Shown here: positions 56,036 through 63,908 of the stretch, in pieces
Layout of the letters: each line of letters starts with the position of its first letter
How positions within the stretch are numbered: position 1 is the stretch's first letter
Assembly: GCF_001194135.2 (NCBI RefSeq)
Contig: NC_068995.1
Location: 2,806,569-2,870,476 of the forward strand
From: Octopus bimaculoides
Lineage: Eukaryota
DNA: 63,908 bases
Direction: 5' to 3'
The notes under the pieces: generated by a model
The model's database searches: none
Told to the model about the DNA's origin: nothing
The model's input: the letters and a program-made list of their open reading frames with translations, nothing else
Program-made: the position numbers and the translations under genes

Positions 56036-58254
56036 AAAATTTCCTTGCACCCACACAGAGCGAGAAAGAACCAAAAACTTGCCTTGAAGACAGTACGCGA
56101 CTACAGGCGAAACTCAGAGTAGTAGGAAACTGCTCTATTCTCTACTCGCGTATCGAGTACATTTTCTACCGACAATCAACACAAACCAAATACACACACA
56201 CACATATATATATATATCTATCTCTACACACCGTGCAGTATTTATTATAGATGTGATAGAGCGAGAGAACACGACAGGGCGCGGAGCAAAATATATAGCA
56301 CAGGAAAACAAAACAATACACCAGTGTATATGTGCGCGCGCGCGTGTGTATAATAGATATACATAACAAATCACGCTCTACAACACACAGTTCTACATCT
56401 AATATACATAGCAAACCACATTACACAATACACGGTACTGTGAGTATATATTTTTATTCAATAGACGGGAAGGAGTCTATCTTTTTTTCTCTCTCTCTCT
56501 ACGCAGCCGTTTGACATGACAGAAACAATAGCAAAAATCGTCACCGAATCACACCCTAGTCTTCAAACACAGAAGGATACGTTAGATAACATTGTCTAGT
56601 TTAAGGGGGTGGTCACAAATGGAATAACTTTCATGATAGGCCTGCATGTTCGGAGCCGACCTTGGAGATACACAACACACACACCAATATAGGCACAGAC
56701 ATGGCAGTGTTTAAGAAACTTGTTTAGCAATCGCGTAGTTTCAGGTTTAGAGCCATTTCTACAAAATGCCCCGATCCGACCAATGCCTTCTGAGTGAATC
56801 TGATACAAGGAAAACCGTGTGGAAACCAGTCGCGTCCCACTTGGCAACCGCTGTTGGTTTGTTTATGTCCCCGTAACTTCGCGATTCGGCGAAAGTGACC
56901 GACAGAGTATGCACCAGACTTAAAATAAGTACGGGGGGGGACGATTAGTTTGACTAAAACCCCGCAGGACGGTGCTCCATCATGGCCACAGTCAAATGAC
57001 TGAAACAAGATAAAAGATACAAATTTCCCACCGCCATTACTCCGAGTTTCGACCACGTTTTACACACACGCAACAAACGAGAAAGGTCAAATGTGGTCGC
57101 CAGACCAGCTCGAAAGAACAGGTGAACTTTCTTCGAATCACAGAATACTCTCTTAAAAACCGAAGACACCGAAAGGAAGGAATGGTCTTACGGGGTAACA
57201 AAAGCAGCCCATTACATTGCGGCCCCGAACGAGCATACGATACATGGACTGGTTAAATTGATAGATAAATAGCATATAATGGTTTACATTAACGATGAAA
57301 CCGTATTTAATAACTTGAAATTTGAACACTTGTCAATAATATACAGTGGAAACCGCTTATTGTAATCACTTTGGAATGGGGCCGTTTCGATAACAATAAG
57401 AGGTTGATAACATAAAGCAGATTATTATAAACACATTCCGAACAAGTGTGGTTGTTGCTGATTTAGGCCCAAGGCCAACGATTTTAGAAGTTGGGGGTGA
57501 GTCGATAGCTATCGACCCCCAGCGCGATTAGAACTTAGAATATAAAGAGCCAACACGAATACTACCAGGTATTTTCCCCAAAGATGGAAAGATTACACCA
57601 GCTCGCCGCTCCGAGGCCGACTAATATTGATAATAAGCACTGCGTAACTTCATTTGCGATCACAATAAGCGGCTTCCACTATATATCTATATTTATTACA
57701 AGATAAAACCTGTCTTTCAACGAAGATAGAATAAACCCTTTGTAATTCTAGTGTCCTCGACGTTGTGTGGTGGAGCACGAAATTATACCCCTCCCGTTCT
57801 GTGTGTATACACACCGAACATATATATAATCGTTTATTGGATCCGCAACCCATTCCCATCTACGGTGAAGTATATTACGCAAACAGGACGAAGTATATAT
57901 AATCTATATATACACACACAGACTATAAAGCAGTTAAAAAAAACACCTAAACCGTATTCAATATAAACGAGTGTGTATATATTATATTTGTGTATATACA
58001 GATGTATATTATACACACGCAACTACCACATTCCAACTAGGAGTTGAGTGTGTGTGCGAGAGAATAGAAAAACGAGAGTTGGCGAGAGTGTGAGTGAAGT
58101 GTTGGAGTAAGAGAAGTGAGAGGAAGAGATGAAAGTGAGTGTCCCCCACAGACAATAGTGGAGTGGAGAGGAGGAGGACTGGTCAGAGAGAGAATATCAT
58201 GATAGGAGCGTGAGAGGAGGGAGTGGAAGGCAAAGCAAAGTATATGTGTGTGTT

Positions 58255-58312
<58 letters not shown>

Positions 58313-59931
58313 GAGAGAGAGAGAGAGAGAAGGAATTAAGAGGCGTAGCAGAGAAGCTGTGAGTGATAGGTGAAGAGATGATCGAGGGGAACGGTCAGAG
58401 GTTATATCGGAGGAATATAGAGGGAAAGGTAAGTAGAGAGACTGGAGGCAAAGCGAGGGATATATATATATATACATACATACACAAACACTATTATTTA
58501 TCTACGCACACGCGCATATGTGCGTGTGTGTGTACAATCTGATGTATGTATATACATGCATGTTTGTATGTGTGTGTGTATATATATAATCTAGAGACAA
58601 ACATAGAATGATATGGTTTGTTGAGAAGATATATTTTATGTAATGGAGTGTATGAGTGTGCCAGAGCTTTCGTTTAGCCCCAGGTATATAACTCTGATCA
58701 AGCACACCTATAATAATGATAAAAAGGGGCTGCCGACCGCGACCATCTTGTCTCCCCTCTCCCAGACACACAACATCCCAGTCTAGGATTACAATCTCCG
58801 ATAAAACGTCACATTTTCGAGAGAGAATCGTGTGATTTGAGAGAGATTTGGTACAGGTAGCGAGGTCGAAAGGAAGAACTAAAACGGAAGGATGTAGGAA
58901 CAGAATAAGAGAGACGAATATAGAGACAAACAGAAGGGCTAATGCACAGAGGGTCGGATATATAGACATATAGATGGATAGAGAGAGAGAGAGTAATAGA
59001 TGGCTATAGAGATGGACTGATAGACTTCTACACGGGCAGATAGTCGGATATACATATATATATTTAGAGAAAGACCGACGGCTAGCTTGTTCAAGAAAGT
59101 GTGATTGAAAAGGTGGGCGGATAGATAGGATGGATAAACAGACAAGGAACTAATTCGAGACAGGCACAGAAGGATCACAACTACACACAGACAAGTGTAC
59201 GGACAAGATGAACGTAGCCAGACACTCTATACATAAATACATAGATTATGAGAGAGAAACTGATAAACACTCAGTCTGAAGGAAACACACATATATATGT
59301 ACGTGTGCGTATATATATGGAGAGAGAGAGAGAGATGTGAAGGTGAGACTTATGTCGAACAAAGAGAGGTTGGGTTGATTATTTAGCGACGACGGCACTC
59401 CATTTGTGGTAGAAGTGACAGCTTACATAGTGTGGAAGACAGCTAAAGGGACAGTGTCGCCTCCTGACACAGCAATGACCACCACTTAAAGTGTCTACCG
59501 ACAGCAAGAGAGAGGAAAGAAATGGTGGTGCATTTAGAAATGGAAATAAAAGAAGACGACATTGAGAGCTGCTACACGGAACCATGGTGGGGAAAAAAAA
59601 CCCTGAGAGGACCAGGAAGGGTGAAAGGGAGAGATAGTGCAGAGATGTGTATATATATACATGCATGTGTGTATGTATATTATATATGTGAAGTGTGTGT
59701 ATGTGATTCGTCTGTCGTATCTTTCCTTACAGTGTTATCTATCTTTGACGATCTCTCATTCTCTCTCTCTCTCTCTCGTGTGTGTGTAAAAGAGGGGGGG
59801 TTAACATGGAGTGAAATAGAATAAAGGGATAGATTAACAGATATATGACATTGAGACGTAGAGATGAGAGACAGACGAATCTACATCGATAACACATACA
59901 TATACACAGATATTATAAGAGCGAAGTGTGT

Positions 59932-59962
<31 letters not shown>

Positions 59963-60310
59963 GATACACACACATGTATATATAGATACGAGACACTGCG
60001 TTATAGAACAAGCAATGTTCACTACACACATACATACACATATATGTAAAGAGAAGGGGAGAATAACGATAGATTGATATGTATAGGCTTGGCTAATATA
60101 GCGATAGGCAAACAGGCTACGAGATATAACAAAAGATATATATGTATATATGTGTATATATATATATACTATAAGATATAACGATTGACACAATGTATAG
60201 ACGAGAAGATATATACATATAACGATAGACAAATATTGTATAGAGGAGGCTATATAAAGCTAGACAAATATGTATAGACGAGGCTATATAACGATAAACT
60301 GTTGGAGATG

Positions 60311-60355
<45 letters not shown>

Positions 60356-63300
60356 CTATAGTGGTGGTTTAGCCGAGAGTCGATCCTGTTCAAAGATATT
60401 CTAGCCATGGCCATCCCATCTTTTTTTTCTATGCACTGTGTTGTCAGAGCTACAATATTCAATTGTATTCTTCGCTTTCTTAAGATAGAGGAAAATTTGA
60501 TTGCTATTTCTAGCAGATTGAGTGATTAAATAACGGCTGGTGCATAAAATGGTGAGTATACATGGCAAGACAATTAATAAGCGGTAAAGGAAAACTACAC
60601 ACACTGTATGTATGTATGTATATATACATGTGCGTGTGTTTAAAGGTATATATAAAGACGAGAGCGGAGGGGGTCCATTATTTCCTCCTAAGTCTACTCA
60701 CACTCTCTCCTTCCAAGATAGACAAGTGCGTAGCAAGTGTGATGAAGGCACTTAGCATTAGTGCTGATGATGATGGTGGTGGTGGTGGTCTCAGTTTTGC
60801 TGGTGGTGACACGGTTGGCTGGAAGGGAACTGCAACCAAAATCCAACATAAGGGCCACTACACATATTACTGGGTTTCGACGAGCCATCGACAGAACCTG
60901 TCCACACGGTGGTTTGACTCGCAAGAAATAGCAACCGAATCTCCTTCAAATTACGTACATCACCCCCACTGTCTGAGAAGAAAGCACACAACGGACATTG
61001 TGGTCCCGGGTTCCTTGTATATAAGAAAAAATGGGATGGCCACAACTGGAATGGCTTCCATCGTATGCCTGCTCGGTTAGAGCTATCTTAGGGCTAAATA
61101 ACACCAGTAATGTTACGGCAATTTTATATCAATCAGTCTATCGACACACTACGATCTACAACCCCGTAAATACACACACGCATAACAGATCTTGTGCATA
61201 TATACATAATTATACGCAGATATACAAACATAAGGGGGGGTGGAGAGAAAGAATACAAAGTAGGTTAAAAGGAAAGGAGGAGGGCTGATTATGGTATCAG
61301 GCTTGTCCAAAAACGAGGAGAAATGGCCTAAACTGATTACGATAAGAGATTTCAATAGATGTTGTTGTAGATGTTAATGTGGTCGGTTGCGTGGAGAGAG
61401 TAAAAAGAACCATGATAACCGAAAGGGATCCAGTATGTGTCTTCCTTGTGTAACATCACCACCACCACCACCACCACGAAGACAGTTCATATTCTTCCTG
61501 TTGGACAAAATTGCCAGGACCATAGGCGTAGACGGACGGGGTAGACGACATGTGCGAAATACCAATATTGCAACGACATTGCTGCTGGTAGGGAGGGATG
61601 GCCATTGCAATCAAACCCGACTACACACATTTGCACAAACGTATTGCTTTTAACACGCACACACACGAAAGCGGCAGAGACCAAGGTGTCCGAAGAGGAG
61701 GTGGCTAACAGTAAACCAGACAGTGCAGGTGAAGGGTCAGTGGTGTTTCGCCAGTTGTGCTTTAGACAACATGTAACGTAATAAAACATGACAGCCCCCA
61801 AGGACAAGACTGGATGCAGGTTGTTTGCAGGGGAGACTCAAATTCTACCATTTCAACAAATATATTTCAGAATCTTTTATATCTTTTAATATTTCTCTTC
61901 TTTTCTTTTTAAATATTTATTTTATATTTTCTTATTACTTTTTTTTTCTCCGTTAGTTCTTGTGTTTCATTTCATGAAGTGTGGAGTTGGGGGTTTGAGG
62001 TGGTAAGAAGCTCTCAGACAATCTATTCAACATATAGAAAACTGGAGAAATATAGAGTGAAATAAAGCAAGTCGACCCACCGAGGGACCCTTAAAATTAA
62101 GGTGAACAGTAAGTGTGGAGGCCAAAGGACATGGGACTGTATTTTCAAGAAAGTAGATGACAATTAGAGAGAATCAAGTGGACGCCATATTGGGGGAAAA
62201 AGTGTCTGGATGTGGTTTTGTGTTTTGATCGCGGCAAGGATGTCTTTTTTAGGAGGGTGGCGACATACAGAAGGGCTGCAAAGATAGACGAACACTGCTT
62301 TTATGGATCCACCAGCTTCAAAACAACCATTTCCGACCAATAAATAACCAAGTGAAAAGACTAAGGTAGCGTAAGGAAATGAATCTTGATTTTTCACAAG
62401 AAATATTAAAAATAAAACCAGAAGAGAATATTCCGAAAGCATTTACGAAGATTAAAATCAATGGTTTGTGGGGAGATCGTTGAAATATCATCAAGAAGAG
62501 AGGAAAAGGTTTGTTATTTGTGAGAAAAATAATCAACGATGTCGGCCATGATGTGTGAGAGAGAAAAAAGTAAGAAGCGAGAAAATATTAAGGACAACGA
62601 CGATGGAAATATGAATAAATCTACACACATATATAGAGAGAAAGATAGACCTACCTCCGGTTCAGGTTTCGCTGGTGACCGCTTGGTTTTCGGAGCTGAA
62701 AAAGACGAAAGAAGACCATCTACGTTAATGTAGGTGGAGTGTGAGGACATTTGGGTAAAAAACCAGTGAAGAAACACTTAAGTCCCACTCACAGCACTTT
62801 TGCAACAAGGTTTGAAGGGCTCGTGGTCGATGGTGGGGGTCATCGGTGGGGGGGAGAGAGTGTTCCTGCCCCGAAACGTAGGCAGAACGGTGACTATTAA
62901 ATGGAGTTGGTCATAAACAGAGAAATAAAACTAATGGACAAACGTGTCTACCTTTAAAAAGAGCTTCTGTCATCGGTGAAGATGGACAGTTTGGTAAGGA
63001 AGAAAGACTAGGGTCTGTGGAGCCATTGATGGTCCAAGTAGAATGGAGGTCGTGACACGGCAAATTTGCATATTGTCCGGAAGCTTCAGAAATAATAAAG
63101 ATGTCAGGTTGTTGGGTTATGAAAGAGAAGAGAAAAACCTGCCGAGTCTTTTCAGTGGAAACGGCCAGAGAAATATTAAAAGGTAGGACTGAAGGGTGGA
63201 GGAAGTGAGGTTTAGATTTGATGGAAAGCGAATGGGGTTGAGAAAAATAAGATGGAGAAGAACTTCGAGACAATAAAATAGATATTATTTGGTTGGTGGT

Positions 63301-63908
63301 GATGGTCGTATATGGATTGAGGGAAGGAGAGGGAGAAAGGCTCAGTGAATTAGTAGATGGCAAAGATAACACCTCATGGAGGAACACACACACACACGTA
63401 TCTAAATGAAAAGAAAACTGATGGACGTAATCCAGGGTTTCGATATTTATTAAAGATGTTGGATAACTGCAAATAAAATCATACAAGATGAAAATATATA
63501 ATTCTTGCCAATCTGAATATTAACAACATACAGACGGAGAGCTGGTGCTGTTGAACCGCCTATATAATATATGTATATATATATATACACACACATATAT
63601 ATCGTGTGTGTGTGTGTTTGTGCCTATGTAAACGTGTTTAACTATGTAAATGTGTGTGTAGATGTTTTGGTGAATATTTAGCCGTAAAGGTGCCTTTTGA
63701 GAATATGTGTGATATAATGGATATCTATAAACACGAGATGTTTATATATATTGTGTGTGTATGTATACACATCACATACACACACACATACTGCACACTC
63801 GTGTGTGACACAATAATCACATATATGTATTTATGTATGTGATTATAACACGAGTGTGCAGTCTGTGCGCAGTGAACGATGTGTGCGTGTATGTATATGA
63901 AGTATACT

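Noticed and set aside
60408-61042. 12-bp inverted repeat TGGCCATCCCAT / ATGGGATGGCCA about 600 bp apart
   Set aside because: A match of this length within 1 kb is expected by chance in 64 kb.
57650-61807. Numerous 60-170-aa ORFs, including 60562-61080 (+) and 61374-61807 (-)
   Set aside because: Mostly microsatellite-derived (YIYI, HTHT, CVCV), with no recognisable homology and no consistent exon chain.
62868-62885. CCGAAACGTA resembling a hammerhead 3' core (also CTGACTTGACGAAACGTA on the minus strand near 35510)
   Set aside because: No CUGANGA at the right distance and no stem II.

Overview
Eukaryotic genomic DNA with spliceosomal introns, five N-gaps and abundant (AT)n/(CA)n/(ATT)n microsatellites. 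It is probably from an octopus/coleoid cephalopod; this is inferred from the tRNA-derived SINE families and repeat landscape, not proven. Four protein-coding genes can be reconstructed by hand. (1) A PCTAIRE kinase, CDK17-like (+, 16 exons including one putative lineage-specific cassette exon, 2127-16586). (2) The molybdate-anion transporter MFSD5 (-, CDS in one exon, 26942-28294). (3) The tRNA m7G46 methyltransferase METTL1/Trm8 (+, 6 exons, 35575-41068). (4) A PHF13/PHF23-like PHD-finger gene (-, 3 exons found, first coding exon not located, 46683-51852). Intergenic DNA and introns hold decayed RTE LINEs, mariner/Tc1 remnants, hAT- and TTAA-type MITEs and at least three SINE families. The most notable unannotated signal is two minimal Penelope-type hammerhead ribozyme motifs on the minus strand (33488-33524 and 50591-50636). 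The second lies just downstream of a tRNA-like Pol III B-box and is sense to the PHF13 pre-mRNA, about 125 nt before a splice acceptor. Each copy has one substitution at a conserved position, so activity is unproven. The last ~8 kb is CpG-rich and contains no recognisable CDS. All coordinates were derived by eye; repeat boundaries are approximate.
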